Source: Candidatus Saccharimonadota bacterium
GTDB taxonomy: Bacteria > Patescibacteriota > Saccharimonadia > Saccharimonadales > JACDBH01
DNA length: 34,254 bases
Direction: 5' to 3'
Assembly: GCA_028289135.1 (NCBI GenBank)
Contig: JAQGGW010000002.1
Location: forward strand, 1 to 34,254
The notes beneath the pieces are model-generated. The model searched no databases and was not told the origin of the DNA. It saw only the letters and a program-made list of their open reading frames with translations. Position 1 is the stretch's first letter. The number at the start of each line of letters is the position of its first letter. Shown here piece by piece: positions 26,010-34,254 of this stretch. A program made the translations under genes and the position numbers.

Positions 26010-27404
26010 TTGAGTTTTACAAAACAAACTGTTCGCGATATTGACCTTAAGGGCAAGCAAGTCCTGATGCGCGTTGACTACAATGTGCCGATAGAAGACG
26101 GTAAAGTGGCGAGCGACTACCGCATTAGCGAAAGCATCCCCACAATCCTATATCTTTTGGACCAGGGCTGTTCGATTGTTTTGATGTCGCACCTTGGCCG
26201 CCCGGAAGGTATTACTGAACCTAAATATTCATTGCGCCCAACGGCCGAATGCCTGAGCAAGCTTATCAACATGCCAGTCCAGTTTGCTGGTGACTGCTTG
26301 GGGCCGGACACTGCACTGGCGGCCAGGTCTTTGGCGCCCGGCCAGATTCTGATGATAGAAAATGTCCGGTTTTATGCCGAAGAAGAAAAAAATGATAAAG
26401 ATTTTGCTAAAAAACTGGCCAGCTACGGCGAAATTTTTGTAAACGATGCTTTTGGGGCTGCTCACAGGGCACATGCTTCGACAGAAGGCGTGACGCACTT
26501 TTTGCCAAGCGTTGCTGGGCTGCTGCTTGAAAAAGAGGTCGACACCATCACTAATGTTATGAGCAACCCGGCCAGGCCGCTGATGGCCATTGTTGGCGGC
26601 GCAAAAATTTCGGACAAAATTACTGTGCTAGAAAAGTTTATCGACATTGCCGATTTTATCGCTATAGGCGGCGCTATGGCCAACACCTTTTTGTTAGCTC
26701 AGGACATTGCCATCGGTAAAAGCTTGGCCGACAAGGACGAAGTTTCTTTGGCCAAGGAAATTATCGAAAAGGCCGCGGCAAAGGCTAAGAAACAGCCGTT
26801 TGTGTTTTATCTGCCGCAAGACGGGGTTGTGGCGACTGATCTTAAGAGTCCAAAGTCAACCAGGATTGTTGACTGGGACACACAGGCCATTGCCGACATC
26901 GAAAGCTACCCAGGTCAGCCGAAGCATGAGGCTTCATTGGTGGCCGAAAATGAAATGATTTTGGACGTTGGGCCGTTTTCTGGTTCGTTTATCGCGGGCG
27001 GTTCACAGCTGGCGCAAACAGTGGTCTGGAACGGAACTATGGGTGTGACAGAGACTGACGGACCAAATAATGACCCGATTGGGCCTTTTGCGCATGGTAC
27101 CGAGATTATTGTTGAGGCTTTAATGGGCCAGCACGGCCACCGGCCGTTTACAGTCGTTGGCGGCGGCGACACGGTGTCTTATGTCGAAGAGCGCGGCCTA
27201 ACCAAAGCGTTTAACCATGTTTCGACTGGCGGCGGGGCGAGCTTGGAGCTTATGGAGGGCAAAGCTTTGCCCGGAGTTGAAGCGCTGCTAGATAAAACTG
27301 CCACCAAAAGTACCAAACCGGCTACTGCTAAAGCCCCGGCCGCTAAACCTGCCACAAAAACGCCGAAGTCGGGTATAATTAAGCATAAGAAGAAAAGTAA
27401 ATAA
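26010..27404 (+). CDS. pgk: Phosphoglycerate kinase (TTG start) with Lys/Ala/Pro-rich tail
   Basis: Motifs RVDYNVP, SHLGRP, ENVRF, NDAFGAAHRAHAS, GGAKISDK, VGGGDT and HVSTGGGASLE. Confidence 0.97.
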   Translation: MSFTKQTVRDIDLKGKQVLMRVDYNVPIEDGKVASDYRISESIPTILYLLDQGCSIVLMSHLGRPEGITEPKYSLRPTAECLSKLINMPVQFAGDCLGPDTALAARSLAPGQILMIENVRFYAEEEKNDKDFAKKLASYGEIFVNDAFGAAHRAHASTEGVTHFLPSVAGLLLEKEVDTITNVMSNPARPLMAIVGGAKISDKITVLEKFIDIADFIAIGGAMANTFLLAQDIAIGKSLADKDEVSLAKEIIEKAAAKAKKQPFVFYLPQDGVVATDLKSPKSTRIVDWDTQAIADIESYPGQPKHEASLVAENEMILDVGPFSGSFIAGGSQLAQTVVWNGTMGVTETDGPNNDPIGPFAHGTEIIVEALMGQHGHRPFTVVGGGDTVSYVEERGLTKAFNHVSTGGGASLELMEGKALPGVEALLDKTATKSTKPATAKAPAAKPATKTPKSGIIKHKKKSK

Positions 27405-27405
27405 T

Positions 27406-27555
27406 ATGCGTAAACTCTTAATTGTCGGAAACTGGAAAATGCACCTCAGCGCTAGCGCTTATGAGAGGGGAATATCCCCTCTCATCGCGCCATGCACTGG
27501 CGGAGCCAGATGCTTGGGCTACTCTCCCCTAATCCTGGAGAATACAAATGCGTAA
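27406..27555 (+). other. 49-codon ORF whose first 14 codons are a synonymously recoded copy of the tpiA start, followed by a hairpin insert
   Basis: 27406-27447 encodes MRKLLIVGNWKMHL, identical in protein to 27548-27589. The ORF ends at TAA 27553-27555, overlapping the tpiA start. Confidence 0.75.
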
Positions 27556-28345
27556 ATTGCTGATTGTAGGTAACTGGAAAATGCATCTGAACACGATGCA
27601 GGCTAGTATTTTGCTGCATAGGCTCCAGGAACGCATTCGGATTTACCGTGACATCGAGGTAGTTATTGCGCCTAGTATGCTGGTATTGCAGCCGCTTTCT
27701 GTCCAGCTTGACCGCCGCAAGTTCCGCCTGGCCGCGCAAAATGCCTATTACAAAGACGATGGACCATTTACCGGTGAAGTCAGCTTTACGATGCTGCGCG
27801 AACTGGTGCATTACGCCATAATCGGCCACTCCGAACGCCGCCATGTATTTGGCGAAACATTGCCAGAAGTCGCGCTAAAGATGGAAGCCGCCGTCAGAAA
27901 CGGCATTATCCCAATCTTATGCGTCGGCGAAACCAAAACCGAACGCCTGGCCGGCCACACCCGCCGTGTCTTGCACGACCAAGTTACAACAGCACTAAAA
28001 GGCTTAACCGGCGAAGATATTGAAAACCTGGTAATTGCCTATGAGCCTGTCTGGGCTTTAAGCGACGGCGACCCAACCCACCACGTTCACACCAAGCCTG
28101 ATGACGTAGCGGCGGCCGAAAAAGTAATTAGGCACAATATTACCGAGCTTTACGGCAAAAAAGCAGCCGAAAATGTGCGTGTTCTATATGGCGGCAGTGT
28201 TACTCCGGACGTTGCGCGCGGCTACTTGGACGTTCCAGGCATAGACGGTTTGCTGGCAGGCGGGGCGAGTGTCAACTACGCGCAGTTTAGCGGAATTGTT
28301 GACGCGGCTTACAAAATGCGCCGGGAACTTGGGGCAGAAGACTAA
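27548..28345 (+). CDS. tpiA: Triosephosphate isomerase
   Basis: Motifs GNWKM, AQN, GPFTGEVS, IIGHSERR, CVGET, IAYEPVWA, LYGGSV and DGLLAGGAS. Confidence 0.97.
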   Translation: MRKLLIVGNWKMHLNTMQASILLHRLQERIRIYRDIEVVIAPSMLVLQPLSVQLDRRKFRLAAQNAYYKDDGPFTGEVSFTMLRELVHYAIIGHSERRHVFGETLPEVALKMEAAVRNGIIPILCVGETKTERLAGHTRRVLHDQVTTALKGLTGEDIENLVIAYEPVWALSDGDPTHHVHTKPDDVAAAEKVIRHNITELYGKKAAENVRVLYGGSVTPDVARGYLDVPGIDGLLAGGASVNYAQFSGIVDAAYKMRRELGAED

Positions 28346-28366
28346 TGAAACCAAAGAGCCTTTAAA

Positions 28367-29401
28367 ATGGCAGGCCGACCAAGATCTATTGACGATACAA
28401 AAGTGTTTGATGTTGCCAAACCCGGTAACGCCAAGCCAATGGGTACGTCACGCCCGGTTATTACCAGCAACGGTATGCCTATCAAAGACCCGACAATTAT
28501 CACTGTCAGCGGAGCTGAGGATTCATCCGCTACACTATCTCCGCCATCAGTTAGCCGCAAAGTATTGGCACCAATAAGCGAGCCTGAAGCCGCGCCTCAA
28601 AATGCCGGAGAATCTTCGATTACAATATTGCACGAGCCGGAACCAAAAGCAGAAGAAGCACTTCCAACCGCCCCCTTAATTACTAAAAGTAAGAGCGGTA
28701 TGACAGCCGCCCGTGAAGCCTCCGCACTTGCAGAAAATACTCCAGCAGCAACGCCAAAACCTGAAGAAAATACCGTTGCAGAGGAAAGTCCTGCCGAAGC
28801 ACTAGAATCGCCAGAACCTCTGGACCAGCCAGCAGAAGCAGGACAAACCGAAACAGCGGCCAAGCAAGATCCAACACCTGATGATACTGCTACGAAGCCC
28901 GCACCGCTAAAGCCGAACAGGGAATTAGTAATTGAACCATCAGCGTCGGTAAAAGAAGCTGTAGCGGCCGAGACAGCGGCAACAGAAGCTGCTAAGGGCA
29001 CAGCTGAACCAGCTGCGGGTGAGGCAGCCAAAGACAAATCAGAAACACCTGCATCCGATGATACAAATGCGAAAGATGAACCGGCAAAGACTGAAACTGA
29101 TGCTCCAACCGGATCAGAATCGGCTGGGGTGGACGCGCTGGCCGAAGCTTCAGGCAAGACGAAAGAAGACGAAAAAAAGGCCGATGAAGAAGCCAAAAAA
29201 GCTGCTGCCCTCCAAGAACTTATCGACAGTAAAAAATACGTAGTGCCGCTGGCGCATGATAGTTCCAGTCAAAAAAGCAGCGTGGGCATATGGATAGCAC
29301 TGCTCGTGCTGATTATATTGGCAGCTGGTGCCTATGCCGCCATTGACGCCAAGGTTATAAAAACCAATATTAACCTGCCTTACCATCTCTTTAAGCAATA
29401 A
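28367..29401 (+). CDS. Hypothetical tail-anchored protein with a long acidic Ala/Glu/Pro low-complexity region
   Basis: 344-aa ORF with a single C-terminal TM segment (GIWIALLVLIILAAGAYAAI). Confidence 0.75.
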   Translation: MAGRPRSIDDTKVFDVAKPGNAKPMGTSRPVITSNGMPIKDPTIITVSGAEDSSATLSPPSVSRKVLAPISEPEAAPQNAGESSITILHEPEPKAEEALPTAPLITKSKSGMTAAREASALAENTPAATPKPEENTVAEESPAEALESPEPLDQPAEAGQTETAAKQDPTPDDTATKPAPLKPNRELVIEPSASVKEAVAAETAATEAAKGTAEPAAGEAAKDKSETPASDDTNAKDEPAKTETDAPTGSESAGVDALAEASGKTKEDEKKADEEAKKAAALQELIDSKKYVVPLAHDSSSQKSSVGIWIALLVLIILAAGAYAAIDAKVIKTNINLPYHLFKQ

Positions 29402-29451
29402 GCCCGCAATTTTATTGTCTGATACAATGGAATGATGTTTGAGGGAAGCTT

Positions 29452-32400
29452 ATGAACGATAGCCCGATTATAGATCCGTGGGCCCAAGAGGTGGTCGTTG
29501 ATACGACGCGCCTGTTTACTGGGCTTAATCCAGAACAGCGGCGGGCTGTCGAAACCACCGAAGGTCCGCTTTTAATCCAGGCTGGGGCGGGCAGCGGCAA
29601 GACCAAGACGCTGACGCACCGGATTGCGTATATTATTGCGACCAACAAGGCCACGGCTTACAACATACTGGCGGTAACATTCACCAACAAGGCAGCCAAA
29701 GAAATGCGCGCCCGAATTGGACATCTGCTTGGTGAAAAGGCCGACAACCGCGGTTTTATGCCTTATACAGGTACATTTCACGGCATTTGTGTGCGGTTAC
29801 TGCGCCAAGACGGGGATTATATTGGGGTGCCAAAAAACTTCGTGATTTTTGACGAAAGCGATCGCCAAAGCGCCATCAAGCAGGCTAGCCGGCGATTGCG
29901 TTTGGACGAAAAGGCCTTTCCTGCCCGGATGATTGGCGGCCTGATCAGCAATGCAAAAAATGATCTTGTGGGCCCGGACGAATACGCCAGCCTAGCCGGC
30001 TCTCCGGCCCAGGAAGCAGCCGCTCAAGTTTATCCAGTTTATGAAAAAGCTTTAAAAGACGCGGGCGGGCTGGACTTTGATGATTTGATCCTAAAAACCG
30101 TGCAGATGCTGGAAAAAAGCGAAGAAGTCCGCGCCAAATGGCAGCGCCAGTTTGCCTACGTCATGATCGACGAATACCAAGACACCAACGCCGCCCAGTA
30201 CAAATTGGTTAAGCTGCTTACAGGTCCAAACAATAACATCGCGGTCGTGGGCGATGATTGGCAGTGTTTCCCGCCAGGCACAATGATTGAAACGGCTGAG
30301 GGACCCAAAACAATAGAGTCCATCAAAGCTGGTACACTAGTCCGCTCGGCAAGCGGCTATGGCAATTCGGGTCTTTTTAAGGTTACTAACAATAGGACAT
30401 TTGACTACGAGGGTGATCTTATTAGCATTAAGACCGAAAAAGGCCATCACATAACCTGTACACCCAATCACATATTATTTTCGCGTTTTGACAAAACAGA
30501 CGCTTATTTTGTTTACCTTATGTTTTCTAGGGAAAAGGGATATAGGATAGGGCTTACCAAAGGTACACGTTTTGACGGCAAGAAAGATGACATTGGCCTT
30601 AGGGTGCGCGCAAACCAGGAGCGGGCGGATCGTATGTGGGTCTTGCGTGTATGTAAAAACCGTGAAGAGGCGGCATATTACGAAATGCTGCTGGCTTTTC
30701 AATACGGCATTCCAACAGTGGTTTTTCACGCTTATCCAAACCGGGCAATGATGTTTTCGCAGGAACATATTGATAACATCTTTAACAAGATCAATACCGT
30801 CGAGCGCGCAGAGTTACTTATTAAAAATGAAGGGTTGCAGTTTGACTTCCCACATTTTCAACCGCAGGCGACTATCCGTAGTAGCAGGAGACGAGTGAAT
30901 TTAAATGTTGTCATGTTTGGCGATAAAAGGCGGACTGAACAGAGCAACTGGTCGGCTAGCAGGCTTTCCCTGAATACTACGAACGCAAGCGATTTAGATT
31001 TTATGAAGGCAGAAGGGTACAGCGTTCGTTCCGCCAAAGCAGGTACATATAGAAGTGAAATACATAAACTTGATTACGGGGCGATCGAACAGGTATTTGA
31101 AAGTATTCGTCACATTGCTGGGGATGTCCAGGTTAATAAGTATGCCTTTATGACTGATGAAAGGTTCACTTTTATGCCTGCCAGCCAGATTCACCCTGAA
31201 ATGACAGTACCTGTACTTGATGGCGCAGAAAAAGTTACAAAAGACCGGGTGATTTCTATAGAAAAAATAAAGTACCAAGGCAAGGTGTATGACCTTGATG
31301 TCGAAAAGGTTCATAACTACATAGCATCAGGAATCGTAACCCATAATTCGATTTATAGTTGGCGCGGGGCTGATTTTAGGAACATATTAAATTTTGAGCG
31401 CGACCATCCAAAAGTAACTGTTATTAAACTTGAGCAGAATTACAGAAGTACTAAGGCCATCTTGGATGCGGCGCATGCCGTGATCACCAAAAACACCCAG
31501 CGCTCTGATAAAAAACTCTGGACCGAAGAGGGCAATGGTTTGCCGATCCAAATTTTGCAAACCCAAAGCGAACGCGGAGAAGGCGAAGCAATTATCCGCA
31601 GGATCCAAACCAGCCTCGACATGGGCAGCCGCAAATACAGTGACTTCGCGGTTTTGTACCGCACCAATGCCCAGTCCAGGTCGATTGAGGAAATGTTTGT
31701 CCGCTACGGCGTGCCATACCGCGTTGTCGGTGGCGTGCGGTTTTATGACCGCAAAGAAATCAAGGACATTATCGCCTATCTGCGCCTCATCTTCCAGCCC
31801 GAAGATGCTGTTAGTTTTGAACGGATTGCCAATGTGCCGACCCGTGGTTTGGGCCCAAAGTCGCTCAGCACTTTTATGGAGTGGGCTCGCAACCGGGGCG
31901 GTCTGCTCCTCGGGCTAGAAACAGTAAGTGACTGCCCAGGCCTAACGCCAAAAGCACTAAAAGGCTTTACTGACATTGCCGACATTTTAATCAGCTACCG
32001 CAACATTATGATGGACACGGCCGTTGCCGGACTTGTCGACAGCCTGCTAAAACGCTTGGATTATTATGCCTATTTGGAAGACGGTTCGCTGCAGGGCGAG
32101 TCGCGCGCCGAAAACGTCCGCGAACTTATCTCGGTTGCCAAGGCCTACCAAGACGTGGGTTTGGATGGATTTCTAGAAGAAGTTAGCTTGGTGAGCGACC
32201 TCGACTCGGCCGACTTTAGCGGCAACGCCGTTACGCTAATGACGCTGCACGCCGCCAAAGGCCTGGAGTTCCCGGTGGTGTTTATGGTCGGGCTGGAAGA
32301 AACTATCTTTCCGCACAGCCGCGCGCTGTATGACCCCAGCGAAATGGAGGAAGAGCGCCGGCTGATGTACGTGGGAATGACACGTGCCCGTTATGAGCTG

Positions 32401-32718
32401 TATCTGCTCTACGCCTCGGCACGGGTTTTGTACGGCGGTATGCAGCACAACCCGCCAAGCCGGTTTTTGTCAGAAATCGACGGTCAAATTTTGGCAGTTG
32501 AGCCAATCCCAACGCCGGGTGTGTTTGGCCAGGACGCTCATGTAATTTCAAATGAACCGCGTTATGTGGTGGAGCTAAACCAAGGCGATACAGTAAAGCA
32601 CCAGGTTTTTGGCACTGGCACCGTTATGGATGTGGACGGCGACAATGTGGCTGTAATGTTTAAGACAAAGGGCTTAAAACGTCTGAATTCGACTTTCGCT
32701 CCGCTCGAGAAATTATGA
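29452..32718 (+). CDS. pcrA: PcrA/UvrD ATP-dependent DNA helicase containing an intein
   Basis: Motifs AGAGSGKT, TFTNKAA, IDEYQDTN, GDDWQ/SIYSWRGA, LEQNYRST, LYRTNAQSR, TLHAAKGLEF and EERRLMYVGMTRA, plus a C-terminal Tudor-like HQVFGTG. Confidence 0.97.
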   Translation: MNDSPIIDPWAQEVVVDTTRLFTGLNPEQRRAVETTEGPLLIQAGAGSGKTKTLTHRIAYIIATNKATAYNILAVTFTNKAAKEMRARIGHLLGEKADNRGFMPYTGTFHGICVRLLRQDGDYIGVPKNFVIFDESDRQSAIKQASRRLRLDEKAFPARMIGGLISNAKNDLVGPDEYASLAGSPAQEAAAQVYPVYEKALKDAGGLDFDDLILKTVQMLEKSEEVRAKWQRQFAYVMIDEYQDTNAAQYKLVKLLTGPNNNIAVVGDDWQCFPPGTMIETAEGPKTIESIKAGTLVRSASGYGNSGLFKVTNNRTFDYEGDLISIKTEKGHHITCTPNHILFSRFDKTDAYFVYLMFSREKGYRIGLTKGTRFDGKKDDIGLRVRANQERADRMWVLRVCKNREEAAYYEMLLAFQYGIPTVVFHAYPNRAMMFSQEHIDNIFNKINTVERAELLIKNEGLQFDFPHFQPQATIRSSRRRVNLNVVMFGDKRRTEQSNWSASRLSLNTTNASDLDFMKAEGYSVRSAKAGTYRSEIHKLDYGAIEQVFESIRHIAGDVQVNKYAFMTDERFTFMPASQIHPEMTVPVLDGAEKVTKDRVISIEKIKYQGKVYDLDVEKVHNYIASGIVTHNSIYSWRGADFRNILNFERDHPKVTVIKLEQNYRSTKAILDAAHAVITKNTQRSDKKLWTEEGNGLPIQILQTQSERGEGEAIIRRIQTSLDMGSRKYSDFAVLYRTNAQSRSIEEMFVRYGVPYRVVGGVRFYDRKEIKDIIAYLRLIFQPEDAVSFERIANVPTRGLGPKSLSTFMEWARNRGGLLLGLETVSDCPGLTPKALKGFTDIADILISYRNIMMDTAVAGLVDSLLKRLDYYAYLEDGSLQGESRAENVRELISVAKAYQDVGLDGFLEEVSLVSDLDSADFSGNAVTLMTLHAAKGLEFPVVFMVGLEETIFPHSRALYDPSEMEEERRLMYVGMTRARYELYLLYASARVLYGGMQHNPPSRFLSEIDGQILAVEPIPTPGVFGQDAHVISNEPRYVVELNQGDTVKHQVFGTGTVMDVDGDNVAVMFKTKGLKRLNSTFAPLEKL
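30265..31347 (+). mobile_element. 361-aa intein in helicase motif III with a GIY-YIG-like central domain
   Basis: Q/CFPPGTMI N-junction, block B TCTPNH, block F VYDLDV, block G GIVTHN/S. Removal restores GDDWQSIYSWRGA. Confidence 0.95.
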
Positions 32719-33206
32719 AAACTATTAAAAAAATGTGGGGAGGGGTTGGCACGGGGCTATTTTGGCTATTGTGGCCGGCTTGGGTCGTGTATTTCCGTAT
32801 TTCGAATGTGCGGGCTAGGGTTTTGGTTGTGTGCGGCGATGAAGTGCTGTTGGTTCAGGGCTGGTTGGGCACGAAAAACTGGAATCTGCCCGGCGGTGGT
32901 GCTACAAAAAATGAAAAAACAGTCAGCGCCGCCGCGCGTGAACTGCACGAAGAAACTGGTATTCTGGCACCAGAAAGCAGCCTGACAAAACTTGCCTCTT
33001 TTAAGCACAAAAAATACAATTTTAAATACCACGGCGACCTGTTTGTACTGAGCCTGAACGAAAAACCAGAGCTTAGTCTTAGAAAAGGCGAAATTTGGAA
33101 TGCCGCTTGGGTGCCGCTTGCTGAAATGAAGCAGTACGACCTTGACGACGAAGCCCGGCTTGCCCTCAGGCGCTACCAGCCGCCGGAACGCCCAAGTTTG
33201 TTATAA
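32715..33206 (+). CDS. Nudix hydrolase with hydrophobic N-terminus
   Basis: Nudix box GGATKNEKTVSAAARELHEETGI; ATGA overlap with pcrA. Confidence 0.9.
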   Translation: MKTIKKMWGGVGTGLFWLLWPAWVVYFRISNVRARVLVVCGDEVLLVQGWLGTKNWNLPGGGATKNEKTVSAAARELHEETGILAPESSLTKLASFKHKKYNFKYHGDLFVLSLNEKPELSLRKGEIWNAAWVPLAEMKQYDLDDEARLALRRYQPPERPSLL

Positions 33207-33276
33207 TACTAGTACCTTAAACGGGAGGCAGTGTTTGCATGCGCAAATGATGGTCCTTTCTAAATTAGGTAAAACT

Positions 33277-34254
33277 ATGAATCATCACATCAGAAAATAC
33301 CGTATGCATTTTAGGCGTAAGTCACGCCGGCTTGATAAATATTTCCATCACCATCCTCTGCGCATGTTCGCGGCCGTAATTATTGCTGTTGTCGGCCTGT
33401 CGGCGATTTTGTTTGTGTCGTTAAGCGGGCAAACTGTCGGCGCGCCAAATTCACACATTGTAATTTTGTATGCCGACCGCAAAACCAAAACTTTGCCCAC
33501 GCGTGAAGAAACCGTTGGTGACTTTTTAAACAAAGCCGCAGTGACATTGCATGACGGCGATGTGGTCGAACCAGCGCTTAACAGCAAAATTGAAGAAGAT
33601 AACTTCCACATTAATGTCTACCGCGCGGCACCAGTGGTTGTTTATGATGGAACCCAAGTTATGCATGGCTTGAGCGCCGCTTTAACACCGCGCAGCATTG
33701 CCGAACAAGCCGGGGCGCAGCTATATCCAGAAGACGGCGTAACAGCCCAGCCAAGTGACGATTTTTTAAAGGATGGCAGTATCGGCACCAAAGTAACAAT
33801 TGACAGGGCAGTGCCAGCAACGCTAAATCTGTACGGCTCGCAGCTAAATGTCCGCACGCATGCCAAAACGGTCGCCGATTTGTTAAAAGAAAAGCATGTC
33901 AAAGTGGCCGCAAACGATGTTGTAACTCCTGCGGCAACCACTGTGCTAGCCCATGATACCCAAGTTTTTGTAACACGTTTTGGCACCCAAGTCGTGACCA
34001 CCCAAGAAGACATCCCGGCGCCAAGCGAAACCGTCCAGGACAACAGCCTTTCGTTTGGTACAACCGTTATCCGCCAGGCCGGCGCGGCAGGCAAGAAGTC
34101 GGTGACTTATCAAATTGAGCTGAAGAATGGGGCGGAGGTTAGCCGGCAGCTTATCCAGGAAGTTATAGTGCAGCAGCCGGTCGCCCAGATTACCGCCCGC
34201 GGCCAGGCTGTCCAGATCCCGTCCGACAAAGAGTCAATTATGCGCGCCGCTGGC
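33277..34254 (+). CDS. RpfB/YabE-like protein (TM anchor, DUF348 repeats, G5 domain), runs off the right edge
   Basis: Manual translation gives MNHHIRKY...MFAAVIIAVVGLSAILFVSL...TREETVGDFLNKAAVTLHDGDVVEP...INVYRA...RTHAKTVADLLKEK...TVIRQAGAAGKKSVTYQIELKNGAEVSRQLI. The start could also be 33247 or 33250. Confidence 0.85.
   Translation, partial: MNHHIRKYRMHFRRKSRRLDKYFHHHPLRMFAAVIIAVVGLSAILFVSLSGQTVGAPNSHIVILYADRKTKTLPTREETVGDFLNKAAVTLHDGDVVEPALNSKIEEDNFHINVYRAAPVVVYDGTQVMHGLSAALTPRSIAEQAGAQLYPEDGVTAQPSDDFLKDGSIGTKVTIDRAVPATLNLYGSQLNVRTHAKTVADLLKEKHVKVAANDVVTPAATTVLAHDTQVFVTRFGTQVVTTQEDIPAPSETVQDNSLSFGTTVIRQAGAAGKKSVTYQIELKNGAEVSRQLIQEVIVQQPVAQITARGQAVQIPSDKESIMRAAG

Noticed and set aside
27380-27548. 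Thermotoga-like PGK-TIM frameshift fusion
   Set aside because: The tpiA frame has an in-frame TAA at 27530-27532 upstream of its start, and the duplicated start is in a different frame that terminates at 27555.
28597-29196. 199-aa antisense ORF and other long shadow ORFs over the kinases, lipoprotein, pyk, pgk and pcrA
   Set aside because: They are explained by codon bias or low complexity of well-supported genes on the opposite strand.
33348-34094. Minus-strand ORFs 33348..33611 and 33642..34094
   Set aside because: They are shadows of the plus-strand DUF348/G5 gene that runs off the window.
1-34254. CRISPR array, rRNA, IS transposase or recognisable anti-phage defence genes
   Set aside because: No regularly spaced repeats or diagnostic motifs were seen by eye.

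Overview
This 34.3-kb bacterial chromosome segment uses genetic code 11. Its gene content and style suggest Patescibacteria/Saccharibacteria; this is inferred, not tested. The housekeeping backbone comprises mgtE (partial), a YbaK-type deacylase, tRNA-Lys(CTT), a PAS histidine kinase, folD, murD2-murL (the alternative D-Glu route for peptidoglycan), a receiver-only response regulator, a membrane protein/small protein/GAF kinase trio, two surface proteins (a lipoprotein and an LPXTG protein), tRNA-Glu(TTC), pyk, pgk, tpiA, an intein-containing pcrA/uvrD, a Nudix hydrolase and a partial DUF348/G5 protein. Six features stand out. (1) A ~3.35-kb element sits at the tRNA-Glu 3' end. Its att core lies inside its own serine recombinase gene, so excision would swap the integrase C-terminus for a hidden 31-aa tail. 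(2) An NNMT-like methyltransferase is adjacent to a HIGH-less ArgRS pseudo-enzyme and an atypical ALDH. (3) The MurL appears to have its Cys cluster replaced by Asp/Ser. (4) The PcrA intein carries a GIY-YIG-like domain. (5) A synonymously recoded duplicate of the tpiA start flanks a hairpin insert. (6) Several long intergenic hairpin elements are present, two of which share a core. All family assignments come from motif recognition by eye; no searches were run.
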